A stretch of DNA of 64,000 nucleotides from a virus (taxonomy: Duplodnaviria > Caudoviricetes), in the IMG/VR virus record IMGVR_UViG_2595698914_000001, positions 1 through 64,000 of that record, one strand, 5' to 3'. The notes under the pieces were generated by a model, which was not told where the DNA came from, did no database searches, and worked only from the letters and a program-made list of their open reading frames with translations. This document shows positions 39,186 through 48,449 of the stretch, piece by piece (position 1 is the stretch's first letter; every line of letters starts with the position of its first letter). Position numbers and translations under genes: made by a program.

Positions 39186-41609
39186 TTAAGGTATTTCTAT
39201 TGTTGGTAAGCCAGGGTCTTCTTCTTCAGATTCATCATCTTCAGTTTCAGGCTCCGGAACACTATCGTCTTCTGGTTCAACTACAGAAGGTTCTTCAACT
39301 TCAGGTTCTTCGTTAGGTAAGTCATCACCTTCTATTTCATCATTTAGAGCATTAGCTTCTTCTTCAAGCTTACGCGTTATTTCATCTTCGGCGTCCGTTA
39401 TTTCTTTATCTAGGACTTTATCACGAACAATAACTTCTTCTGCGTGTTCTGCAAAGACTTCCATCATTATTCCTTTAATGTCACCTTCACCACCCACAAT
39501 CTGTTTAAGTCCATCAGAAGTTCTAATCTTATCAACGATATGTTTAAAGCTACTATTACGACGGATATAATCTGACATAAAGTAACTAGTAATCATCTCA
39601 CGAACACCTTCCATATATTCACGTGAAGCATTCTCAACACCCTCAAACATACTATCAGGAACAATTGTATCTACTATAGTTTGGATAACTTTAATGTTAT
39701 CTTCTATAATTTCAGACTTCTCTGTAATTGAAGAGTTGCTTGGCTGAGGTAATGTTACATTAAGATTAGCAAGTACCGTTTCTACACGTTCCCATTTATC
39801 TTCACTGTTACCATCTAAAGAATCAACTAATGTGTTAAGTAAAGCCGGTGTATTCAGCGTTTCCTTAATAACACGGTCACTTAACTTCTCACTTGCCATA
39901 GTAGTATAACGGGTTGTCTGTCTAGCAGTAATGTCATTGTCCTGATTAACTTGTGAACTAAAGTTAGGAGAGAATGAACGGTCTACTAGTTCTGGACTAA
40001 AACCTACACGCATTGTAATTAACTTAGTTAACATTTCTAAGAAGTCTGTGTCTACTGGAGACTTATCGTACTTCTTATCATTAACTTCGATATTCATGTT
40101 AGGTAAGTCACCGTTGTCTAAGTTGTTTAACTTAAACTCAACACCGTGTTTCATGATATTCTTAATTACATCTGATGGACCATTAAAGTTAAAGTCAAAA
40201 CTATTAACACGAGAGAGTATTAATTCATTTACTACCATCTCTAATGTTTTATTCTGATCTATATCTTCTGAGTCGAAGTCAACAATAACTTCTTTATGTG
40301 GCGTAGCGTTAGATAAGTTACCTATGAAGTTAGCGTAAAACATAACGGTGTATATTTTAGATAACGCTTTAGTTCTAGATATTAAACTTTCACCTACACC
40401 CTGAGAGTTAGTATCGAAGCAGAAGTAATTAACTAAATGCTCAGGCATAAATAGTAATCGTGTTTTCTGATTCTTAAGGTAACGATGGAACATGATTGTC
40501 TTTATAAGTTCATCATCTTCTAGAGAATACTTCTCAGCATACTCACCACTGATTAGATTTTCCATCACATCTGTTTCAAGATATTTATTAAATTCTTCTT
40601 GAAGTTGAGGTAATGTATTAGCTGAACCGCCAGTAGGTAAGTTATTGGCTAATTTCTTCAATTGATCTTTACTAGTATTATCACCACTTAACTTAGCTAA
40701 ATCTTTATTGAAATCTATATCTTCATCAATCTCAATTGGATAACCATCTTCATCTAAGGCAAATATATAACCATATGGGTTATTAGGTTCACCTTTAAAT
40801 ACTATAGGTTTAACCGCTTCACTTGGAATATTTTTACGGATAGCAGCAGTTATTTCATCTTTACCCTTACCACGCGATAATTTAACAGACGGAGATTCTT
40901 TGAACACACGACGTTTACGTAATACACGAGCAGCATTAAGACCGGCTTTCTTACCGGCTGCTGATTCGTTACCTGCTTCGGCTGCTTTAAAGTTAGCTAA
41001 GTATCGGCGTGTTTCAGATAATAATAGTACACTGGGGTCTTTAATTACAGACACAGGTTTATTAGATTTAGCTGCGTCTGTATTCCCGTCAGTTAACTTT
41101 TTCATCTCAGCTTCAAGAGCTGCACTTTCGTAAATCTGAGTTATCTGTGAATCTGGTATAAATGCTGTTACATACGCGCCGTCTGTGGCTAAAGTATTAT
41201 ACACCATGGTATTTACTTCATTCTGTAACTTAACTGTATTAGTGAAGTAATCATCTAATAGAGCAGCTATAGTAGTAGCGTCTTTATTGTACTTATCATC
41301 CATGGATTTAACTGATGCGTCGTAATGTAGTGTAACAACACTACCACCATTTGGACAAACAATGAAGCCCGTAAGTATCTCAATAGCGCGAGACATCGTA
41401 GGATTAGATTCTAATATTACTTTATTACTAACCTTTTCTGATACGCGAGATTGGATGTGTGGAGATACAGCTCCAAAACTTATGTTTTTACCGCTTTTGC
41501 TGAGGGACTTCTCTACAGAACGATTACCCTCGGCAACCATTCTAGAAGCTACGGAGTCGATGCGTTGACTTACACTAGCTTCTGTTATAACAATATCTTT
41601 CTTAGCCAT
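39186..41609 (-). CDS. portal protein (phiKZ gp129-like); start reassigned to MAKKD
   Basis: YIFALDEDGYP, LFMP..LVNYFCFD..G.GESL and GFSPELVD motifs; acidic tail; AGGAG RBS. Confidence 0.75.
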   Translation of the reverse strand: MAKKDIVITEASVSQRIDSVASRMVAEGNRSVEKSLSKSGKNISFGAVSPHIQSRVSEKVSNKVILESNPTMSRAIEILTGFIVCPNGGSVVTLHYDASVKSMDDKYNKDATTIAALLDDYFTNTVKLQNEVNTMVYNTLATDGAYVTAFIPDSQITQIYESAALEAEMKKLTDGNTDAAKSNKPVSVIKDPSVLLLSETRRYLANFKAAEAGNESAAGKKAGLNAARVLRKRRVFKESPSVKLSRGKGKDEITAAIRKNIPSEAVKPIVFKGEPNNPYGYIFALDEDGYPIEIDEDIDFNKDLAKLSGDNTSKDQLKKLANNLPTGGSANTLPQLQEEFNKYLETDVMENLISGEYAEKYSLEDDELIKTIMFHRYLKNQKTRLLFMPEHLVNYFCFDTNSQGVGESLISRTKALSKIYTVMFYANFIGNLSNATPHKEVIVDFDSEDIDQNKTLEMVVNELILSRVNSFDFNFNGPSDVIKNIMKHGVEFKLNNLDNGDLPNMNIEVNDKKYDKSPVDTDFLEMLTKLITMRVGFSPELVDRSFSPNFSSQVNQDNDITARQTTRYTTMASEKLSDRVIKETLNTPALLNTLVDSLDGNSEDKWERVETVLANLNVTLPQPSNSSITEKSEIIEDNIKVIQTIVDTIVPDSMFEGVENASREYMEGVREMITSYFMSDYIRRNSSFKHIVDKIRTSDGLKQIVGGEGDIKGIMMEVFAEHAEEVIVRDKVLDKEITDAEDEITRKLEEEANALNDEIEGDDLPNEEPEVEEPSVVEPEDDSVPEPETEDDESEEEDPGLPTIEIP

Positions 41610-41622
41610 GAGGCAGGCTCCT

Positions 41623-43662
41623 ATGAGTTTAAAACTAACGATATACAATAGTGAGTGTCTTAGGTTAGCTAAATCACTAATGATAAAATCTGATTTATTA
41701 GCCCGAGATGTTGAATACCGTCTCTCAGGGAATAGTAATTATTTAAATAATCCCAGAACTACATGGAAGTATTATTTAAGTATGTCTGGTCAGTATCATG
41801 AGACTCACCAGATGATGTACGTTACATCTCTAGATACCTTGAGTAGCATAGAATTTACTAAAGAAAATCTTAAGCTACATCCAGTGACAAAAGAAAAGTA
41901 CACTCCTAATAGTGAACTTACAAATGAATTGATTCAATTGTATCCAGAGAATCAACTGTTAATACTTGGTATCATCTACGAATTAAGTATTGATGATGTT
42001 ATAAGTGCTGATGAGTTTACTATTATGGGGTATGACTCATCTCTAGTTGGAGTTCAGGAAATAAACCTTATACCCGAATTACAAACTAGGTTATACAGTG
42101 AGTATCATACCTACATTAATAAGGACTACGCAGATATAGAACCTTATTACGGTCTAGTAGTTATGTCTAATATCGCTAAACAGTCGCTTATAGCCATTAA
42201 GGTTATTAGGTTAAGTAATTATAAAACTACACGTGCTTGTGATTTTTATATCTGGACTTATATAAATTCTAAATTATACCTAGAAGATTTAAAAGACGAT
42301 TTAAAGATAGCAGATATCTTCTACCTATATAAAAACATAGATAGGTTAGTAAGGGATTCAGGTAGTAATGCGGTATTATACGAGCTTATAGCTAAGTTCC
42401 TTACCACAGAATCAATTACTACTTATCAGTTAAATTATGTTAATGATATAACTGGTATTGGTGAATTGGAGTCTTCTTCAAGTATAGTATATAAAGAAGT
42501 TGGTATCGGTTCTGGTATATCAGATAAAGATACTTTATTTAGTGAGTACATTGAAGATGCTATAGCGTCTAGTGAAGGAACTATAGATAACTACACTGAT
42601 GTTATTTCTGAACGTATGGAATTTGCTCCGAATAGAAATAAGACTCGTGAACTTAAGGTATTCGAACTAGTTAAGAACTCAACCGATACACAGATACTAC
42701 TTACCGATATCGATGTTCATGTTCAATCTTTTATAGAAGGGTTCTATGGTGGTACATTTAATATAACTAACCATATCACTAGTCGTGTGTATAGTCTTAA
42801 CTTACAAGAAGTATTTATTCTATATAAGTACATTATTCTTCGTAAGTTTGAATTGGAACCAGGTATAATATTACCTCATACCATATACACGTTACCAGTT
42901 AAAGAACTTCCCACTATACCTTACTTAGTTAATAAGTATTCTATTGATAGTTCTGAAGCAGAAGATATTTTAGCTAGCGTTCCTAAAGTACCTACTACAT
43001 TGATAACTAGAGAAGAACTAGATAATTATATATTAGAAGTTAAAACTTCTTACTCTAACACTATACGTTTGGTACGTCAATCAATGACTCGTAGTAACCA
43101 ATCAATGTTAGTTGGAATATATAACGATTTATACACAACGGAAACTTACGATCTAACACCCACCGAAACTACCTATGAAGCATGGTTAGCTTATAGAGGT
43201 ATTGACTTTGGGGACTTCACCAATATAGATTTCGATATCATTGAAACTTATATCTTGGATGAAGTATTTAATATAGATTTATCCACTAGAACATCAGGAT
43301 ACGCATTAGCGTTAACTGAATTACTTCGTCGCTTTAATAATTACAACGTAAACGTTAGAGCGGAAGCTGGTTCTGATAACTTAATTGATTATCATGTTTC
43401 GCCTTTATTCTCCGGGATAGAACGGTTAGACGTTACGTTCCTCGATAATCAAATTAACTTCGATATAAATACGAGGTATGCTAAGTTAGAATCTTATCCT
43501 ACTATTGTTTATAATAGGATATCTAATTTTAGTAATAAAGTTAATACTAGTCCTAGCGAATTAACCGCTAATCACAAAGGTAAATCTCTAAGCTATAGAA
43601 GTGAAGTTGTAACTTCTATGTCTAATCAGTATAACAATCCAATTGAGTTAAGGAACTTATAA
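41623..43662 (+). CDS. virion structural protein (phiKZ gp128-like)
   Basis: WKYYLSMSGQYH...MYVTSLDT..IEFTKENL..HP and FYLYKNI motifs; divergent from the portal gene. Confidence 0.7.
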   Translation: MSLKLTIYNSECLRLAKSLMIKSDLLARDVEYRLSGNSNYLNNPRTTWKYYLSMSGQYHETHQMMYVTSLDTLSSIEFTKENLKLHPVTKEKYTPNSELTNELIQLYPENQLLILGIIYELSIDDVISADEFTIMGYDSSLVGVQEINLIPELQTRLYSEYHTYINKDYADIEPYYGLVVMSNIAKQSLIAIKVIRLSNYKTTRACDFYIWTYINSKLYLEDLKDDLKIADIFYLYKNIDRLVRDSGSNAVLYELIAKFLTTESITTYQLNYVNDITGIGELESSSSIVYKEVGIGSGISDKDTLFSEYIEDAIASSEGTIDNYTDVISERMEFAPNRNKTRELKVFELVKNSTDTQILLTDIDVHVQSFIEGFYGGTFNITNHITSRVYSLNLQEVFILYKYIILRKFELEPGIILPHTIYTLPVKELPTIPYLVNKYSIDSSEAEDILASVPKVPTTLITREELDNYILEVKTSYSNTIRLVRQSMTRSNQSMLVGIYNDLYTTETYDLTPTETTYEAWLAYRGIDFGDFTNIDFDIIETYILDEVFNIDLSTRTSGYALALTELLRRFNNYNVNVRAEAGSDNLIDYHVSPLFSGIERLDVTFLDNQINFDINTRYAKLESYPTIVYNRISNFSNKVNTSPSELTANHKGKSLSYRSEVVTSMSNQYNNPIELRNL

Positions 43663-44528
43663 TGGCTATAAATTTAAATCTTGAACCACGAAGAACTACT
43701 TGGGGTGCAGTTGCTCAAACCGCAGCCATTGCTAAAGTTCCTGTGGATTATTTAGCGGGTACTACCCTAAATGAAAAGTTTGGTGTCTTTCAAAACGAAA
43801 GTATTAATTCTGCAACCGATTATCCTGAATTATCTTACTTCGGTATAGGTCGTGGTAGTACTTACATGAAAGTACTTAGTGACTCATCTAGTCAGAGTGA
43901 GAATTACCTACATGAACCATTTGATGCAGCATTATTCTATCAGTTACCTTTTGTTCTTAGAACTCTAGATAATGACATTCCAGCAGAAAAACGAGTTAAG
44001 TATGCAATGCGTTGTATTGTGGAAAAAGACGGTATTGAGTATGTCGCTTATTATCTTAAAGCATTAGACAAGTCTAGTAGTTCAATTACTACTAAGACCG
44101 TTGTTCCTGCAACAGACACCGAATCAGAAACCTCTACCGATTTGATCTCTGACCCTCGTTACCTTAATCCTGTACCGACTAAAGCAGATGCGGGTAATGT
44201 AAGAACCGACGGTGCTTATATTCGTGTTAGTTTACTACTCCAGTCTAAATTAGATGCTTGGGATATTTCTGAAATCTTAAATGCTAAACAGATACTAACT
44301 GGTAACAATCAATTAGAAATAACTGAAGTTGGTTTATTTGTTGGTATTCCTAAATCAGTTAGTAGTAGTATTACAAATGAAGCAGTAGTTTATACTGAGT
44401 CGTTACGTGCACAATTATCTATGGTTAGTCCACACCGTATTCTACTTAACCAGTTTGAAGACCGTGAACTTGTAATAAATCATGACTTAGGTGTTGATGA
44501 CCCTACTTCATTAAGTTACATCTTTTAA
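43662..44528 (+). CDS. virion structural protein (phiKZ gp139-like)
   Basis: TTLNEKF, YFGIGRG, H.PFDAALF..LPFVLR..DND and AYYLK motifs. Confidence 0.7.
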   Translation: MAINLNLEPRRTTWGAVAQTAAIAKVPVDYLAGTTLNEKFGVFQNESINSATDYPELSYFGIGRGSTYMKVLSDSSSQSENYLHEPFDAALFYQLPFVLRTLDNDIPAEKRVKYAMRCIVEKDGIEYVAYYLKALDKSSSSITTKTVVPATDTESETSTDLISDPRYLNPVPTKADAGNVRTDGAYIRVSLLLQSKLDAWDISEILNAKQILTGNNQLEITEVGLFVGIPKSVSSSITNEAVVYTESLRAQLSMVSPHRILLNQFEDRELVINHDLGVDDPTSLSYIF

Positions 44529-45124
44529 TGCGTTTGATGGCATTTGACCCAAGTCTAAGAAACTTGGGTGTCTCCACTGGTAATATAATCGACCATCGAT
44601 TACATGTAGATTACGGTGAGACGTTTTATATTGATAAGTTAGTTGACAAGTATAGTGATAGACCCGAATGGGATATCGATCCTAATACACGTCGTTGCAT
44701 TTTATTAGAAACTATTGTTGAAGCTATGATTGCCTCTCATAGACCAGACATACTTATAATTGAGTTACCTATTTATAATAGTCTTAATCCTAAAAGTTTA
44801 CAGGTTCAAATGAAAGCTATAACTATCTTAGAAATGGTAGCTTTAAAGGTTAGCCCACATCTTAAAACTAACATTGTCGAGTACATGCCTAATGTCATCA
44901 AATTAGGTGTTGGTATAGATGTTGCTAAAAAAGATATGGGGGATAAGCTCCAAATTACTAAAGCACTGAAACGTTGCGAGGCTGAAGGTACGTTAGTATA
45001 CACAAAAGCAGAGTATAGACCAGACGTTCTAGATGAACATGCGAACGATTCTGTAGCTATGCTTTACACAAAGTATAAGGAGTTACAAAATGAGTTTTAT
45101 GGCGAGTCTAGGAAAAGTGGGTAG
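44528..45124 (+). CDS. ruvC: RuvC-like Holliday junction resolvase
   Basis: AFDPSLRNLG, IIE, P..IK and DEHANDSVA catalytic acidic motifs. Confidence 0.85.
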   Translation: MRLMAFDPSLRNLGVSTGNIIDHRLHVDYGETFYIDKLVDKYSDRPEWDIDPNTRRCILLETIVEAMIASHRPDILIIELPIYNSLNPKSLQVQMKAITILEMVALKVSPHLKTNIVEYMPNVIKLGVGIDVAKKDMGDKLQITKALKRCEAEGTLVYTKAEYRPDVLDEHANDSVAMLYTKYKELQNEFYGESRKSG

Positions 45125-45674
45125 TGCGGCTCTGGCTACCACTGGTCCATTAGGTATAGCGGCTGCGGCAGCTATTAATGTATTTTTAGGGGAAGATGAT
45201 GCAGTTACTTCATCTGACTCAATAGATTCATTAGAAGCTAAGTTAGCGTCTCTACCTGAAGATAAACGTGCTCAAGTAATGCAGTCTTACTATAATTTCT
45301 TAGGCCGTCAGGTCGAAAGTAATAATGGTGTTATTATTAATAAGGACAGTGAGCTAACAGAGCAACTACGTATAATGGAGGAATCTGATAAACTGACTAA
45401 AGTTCGTCCAGATATAACTACACGAATGTCTTGGCTTATTATAGTTCTGACATCGTTAGTTACAGTTATGCATTGTATTGATGTATTCTGGAACGGTAAT
45501 TCTTTTGATGTTTATCTTATCGGTGCGCTTATGGCGTTACCTACGTGGGTAATTAAGAAGTATTTTGACCGAAGGACTGACGATAAAGCTATTAAGGCCA
45601 ATTTACTTAGTAATCAACAGATTGAAGTTCCCAAGAATATTGGGTCTAAAATCATCAACAAACTTATTAATTGA
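45090..45674 (+). CDS. holin-like membrane protein (GTA 3TM-holin-like)
   Basis: Amphipathic N-terminus, VRP, two TM helices, YF.RR..DK. Confidence 0.55.
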   Translation: MSFMASLGKVGSAALATTGPLGIAAAAAINVFLGEDDAVTSSDSIDSLEAKLASLPEDKRAQVMQSYYNFLGRQVESNNGVIINKDSELTEQLRIMEESDKLTKVRPDITTRMSWLIIVLTSLVTVMHCIDVFWNGNSFDVYLIGALMALPTWVIKKYFDRRTDDKAIKANLLSNQQIEVPKNIGSKIINKLIN

Positions 45675-45681
45675 GGCATCT

Positions 45682-46167
45682 ATGTTTAGTCAAACAATTA
45701 AGCGTATGCGTAACTATAATGAAGGTCGTGCTGATACCACTATTACTACCGATCTTCTTTGGTGTATTGTTACAACCGTATTAGCTGTGGTATTAGCGTT
45801 CTTTGTAAATCAACACATCGTGGCTGGCGGACAGCCTTTAATCACTGAGTTCTTTGCTGGTGTAATTCATGCCATCATGTACTTACAGGCACTTACCTTA
45901 ATGCTTCTTGCTTTAAGTTATCTATCCGCTACGATTAAAATGTACAGAGGTGTCATAATGACAGCTTTACCCATAGGTGTCTACATGGTAGTCTGGACGA
46001 TACAGCAACCAGAACCTGTAGCACTTATGTATAGTTATGGTGCAGTTATTTCTATATTAGGAATTGCTTTCTATAAGGTCACAGCATTAATTCGGTATCT
46101 ATTTGTAACCGTATGGTGTCCTTCTAGTATTCAGCCTAATAAGCACCGTCGTTGTACAGATCGTTAA
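45682..46167 (+). CDS. multi-pass membrane protein (start reassigned to 45682)
   Basis: GAGG RBS; four hydrophobic helices; C-terminal RRCTDR. Confidence 0.65.
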   Translation: MFSQTIKRMRNYNEGRADTTITTDLLWCIVTTVLAVVLAFFVNQHIVAGGQPLITEFFAGVIHAIMYLQALTLMLLALSYLSATIKMYRGVIMTALPIGVYMVVWTIQQPEPVALMYSYGAVISILGIAFYKVTALIRYLFVTVWCPSSIQPNKHRRCTDR

Positions 46168-46176
46168 TGAGATTAT

Positions 46177-46208
46177 ATAAGAGACTGGGGTAATTCCTAG
46201 TCTCTTAT
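46177..46208 (+). terminator. hairpin terminator
   Basis: ATAAGAGACTGGGG-TAA-TTCCTAGTCTCTTAT. Confidence 0.65.
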
Positions 46209-46236
46209 TGACCCGTTTAATTATTGTAAAATATAT

Positions 46237-46349
46237 GGATGGTAGGAGTATTAACCTTTTAGGCTAGACTCTAATCCACAACGGATAAGATGTATTAGGA
46301 GTAGTCGAAAGGCTACTTCTGATATGTTCCCTAAAACTTAACTTTTTTA
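46237..46349 (+). ncRNA. candidate small RNA A (two hairpins)
   Basis: Starts at the G of TATG; GGAT:ATCC / GAGT:ACTC stem, then a 17-bp G.U-rich GAAA-capped hairpin (46290-46327). Confidence 0.35.
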
Positions 46350-46376
46350 TTAATACAACCAACTATAAAGTATTAT

Positions 46377-46650
46377 GTAGGAAACTACACTCGACCGAGC
46401 GGACTGCCCTTTGACTAATCTTCAATACGCCGAAGAAACGATAGGGGAAAGAAAACAGGCTAGTAGGTTGAGTTCGTCGAGAAGGCTCGGTTATTGCGTC
46501 AACCAACACCCACATCCAAACCCATTAAACCTCATCCAACTTCACGGTTGGGTGGGGTGGGATTGAATGAGGACTCGCTTCTAAAGCATGGCAATAACAA
46601 AGAACTCTCGATGGGGGATTGGTAGAATAGGATGGAGGGGACTGGTCCCC
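46377..46650 (+). ncRNA. candidate structured RNA B (about 275 nt), possibly an origin-primer RNA
   Basis: AAGTATTATGT promoter; 5' GTAG-GAAA-CTAC hairpin; nested long-range stems with G.U pairs; GC-rich; no ORF. Confidence 0.55.
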
Positions 46651-46910
46651 TATATATATAATATATATATAATATAGATCAGATTTTAAAAAGATCAAAT
46701 TTAAGATCTAATGAAGTCGTAAATAAATTTACTCCACAGTTCATTAGAAACTTAAATATAAAATTAAACTCTGTTTTAACAGGAATGATCTAAATCTTTA
46801 AGAAGTCGCTATCACTCTTCGAGTTGCTCCCTAAATAAACCAAATAAAATTCCTGTTAATAGAATAAAAAAATTATAGATCCTTTTTCCTACGGAAGTAA
46901 GATCAAATAG
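46651..46910. other. AT-rich GATC cluster; candidate replication origin / unwinding element
   Basis: (TA)n tract, six GATC sites in about 230 bp, 11-bp inverted repeat, AAGATCAAAT direct repeat. Confidence 0.45.
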
Positions 46911-47030
46911 ATATAAATGGGTGGAATGCGGGCTGCGGCGGAGTTAATACGTATAGCTCTAATTGGTCCTGTATGGACTCATAATGATAGTTTACATCTT
47001 AGATGATAAAGTACTCAACTTAATAATATC

Positions 47031-48026
47031 ATGTCTTATAATAGCTTACAGGAAGAACTAGAGCATATGTTAAATTTAAAGAATGTCAACTCAAAGGTAT
47101 CATTGCTACCGTTAAAGGATTTATCTGTATTAGAACTAATGTTTCTACCAGAACACGATAATTACTTTAGGGTCAACTCAGACGAGTCTAGAAGGAAACA
47201 GGTAGATTATATGGAATTCTTAGTTAAAGCCTCTAAGAATAGATTAGCGTGTGAAATTAGACTAGGTAATAACTTAGTTGGATTTATAATGGTCGCAGGT
47301 AAAGATAATAGACTGGTGGGCGGTATATTCCCAGAGTTCAAAAGACAAGGTATCTATAGTCTAGCTAGAAACGCTGTAATTAACTTATTAAACTCAGTTG
47401 GAATCTATAACATAGTTTACTCTATAGACAAGAGTAACGATACGATGGCTAAGTTTGCTAGTGATCAATACAGTACAAATCTAGATGGTAACTTGAGAGT
47501 AGTTCATTACCAACCAAATAAACCATCCGCGTATATTAGTCCTAAAGTTAAACTAGGTAATAAGTTTGGGGCCTATGAAGGTGAATTATATCATCTTAGT
47601 TTTAATAGTAAATTAAAGACTTTAACCCCTAGACTTCCTGAGGGCGATTCTAAGGACGGTAAGTTCAGTGAACCATTAATCCCTAGAGTTTCTATGTCGC
47701 CGTCTCCTGAGTTATGTTTCAGAGCCATCTACGCTAATATAAATAACTTACTAGAAGACTCAGATGAACCCGAGATAACATTTACTCTTTACAGGGCTAA
47801 GAAGTATAATTCTAAGAAGTTACATACTCCAGATGAGTTAATATCTAAAGGATGGGTACATGACGCTCATATCACCCTAGAGCATTTCTCAACTGATGAT
47901 GTGGAACTTGAAGTGATAGAACAGATTACATTTAAAAATACAAGTGATGATATAGGTTTATTTTACCAACCATTTACAAAAGGCGATAACTTATATCATT
48001 CACCATTATCAATTATTAAAGTATAG
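47031..48026 (+). CDS. GNAT acetyltransferase domain fused to an ADP-ribosyltransferase-like domain
   Basis: GIFPEFKRQGIYS (GNAT motif A); C-terminal LYHLS...PRVSMSPS...EHF. Confidence 0.55.
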   Translation: MSYNSLQEELEHMLNLKNVNSKVSLLPLKDLSVLELMFLPEHDNYFRVNSDESRRKQVDYMEFLVKASKNRLACEIRLGNNLVGFIMVAGKDNRLVGGIFPEFKRQGIYSLARNAVINLLNSVGIYNIVYSIDKSNDTMAKFASDQYSTNLDGNLRVVHYQPNKPSAYISPKVKLGNKFGAYEGELYHLSFNSKLKTLTPRLPEGDSKDGKFSEPLIPRVSMSPSPELCFRAIYANINNLLEDSDEPEITFTLYRAKKYNSKKLHTPDELISKGWVHDAHITLEHFSTDDVELEVIEQITFKNTSDDIGLFYQPFTKGDNLYHSPLSIIKV

Positions 48027-48134
48027 TAATCAATAACTTAGATAATTCATTTATTGATACACAATCGTAATAGTATATGTAGTATTCTATCTACTACAAA
48101 AATAACTGTAACTAAACCAAGCAAGGAGAACGTA

Positions 48135-48425
48135 ATGAGAAAAACATTACGCCTAGGGTTGGCTTTAGCAGCTACGTTATTCGTTACAGCAGCATACTCG
48201 TCTGAACACGTTTCAGATGATGCGGCATACCAAACCGTGGATTATAAATATCCTGGTCTTTTTGAGCGAACTGTAGATGTTAAAGTATTAGCCGTAGATA
48301 TCAACGCTTCTAAGTTAGATTACATGCCTGACCGAGTACTTATCAAATACGTAAGTAGAGTTAATGTACTCAACCCATTGAAACTTAGACTTAGTGATTA
48401 TCGCCAAGTCTGGGACGATGGTTAG
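48135..48425 (+). CDS. small exported protein, 96 aa, with Sec signal peptide
   Basis: RBS AAGGAG; MRKTLRLGLALAATLFVTAAYS signal-like N-terminus. Confidence 0.7.
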   Translation: MRKTLRLGLALAATLFVTAAYSSEHVSDDAAYQTVDYKYPGLFERTVDVKVLAVDINASKLDYMPDRVLIKYVSRVNVLNPLKLRLSDYRQVWDDG

Positions 48426-48449
48426 GTACTCTAAACTAACTTAGATAGA

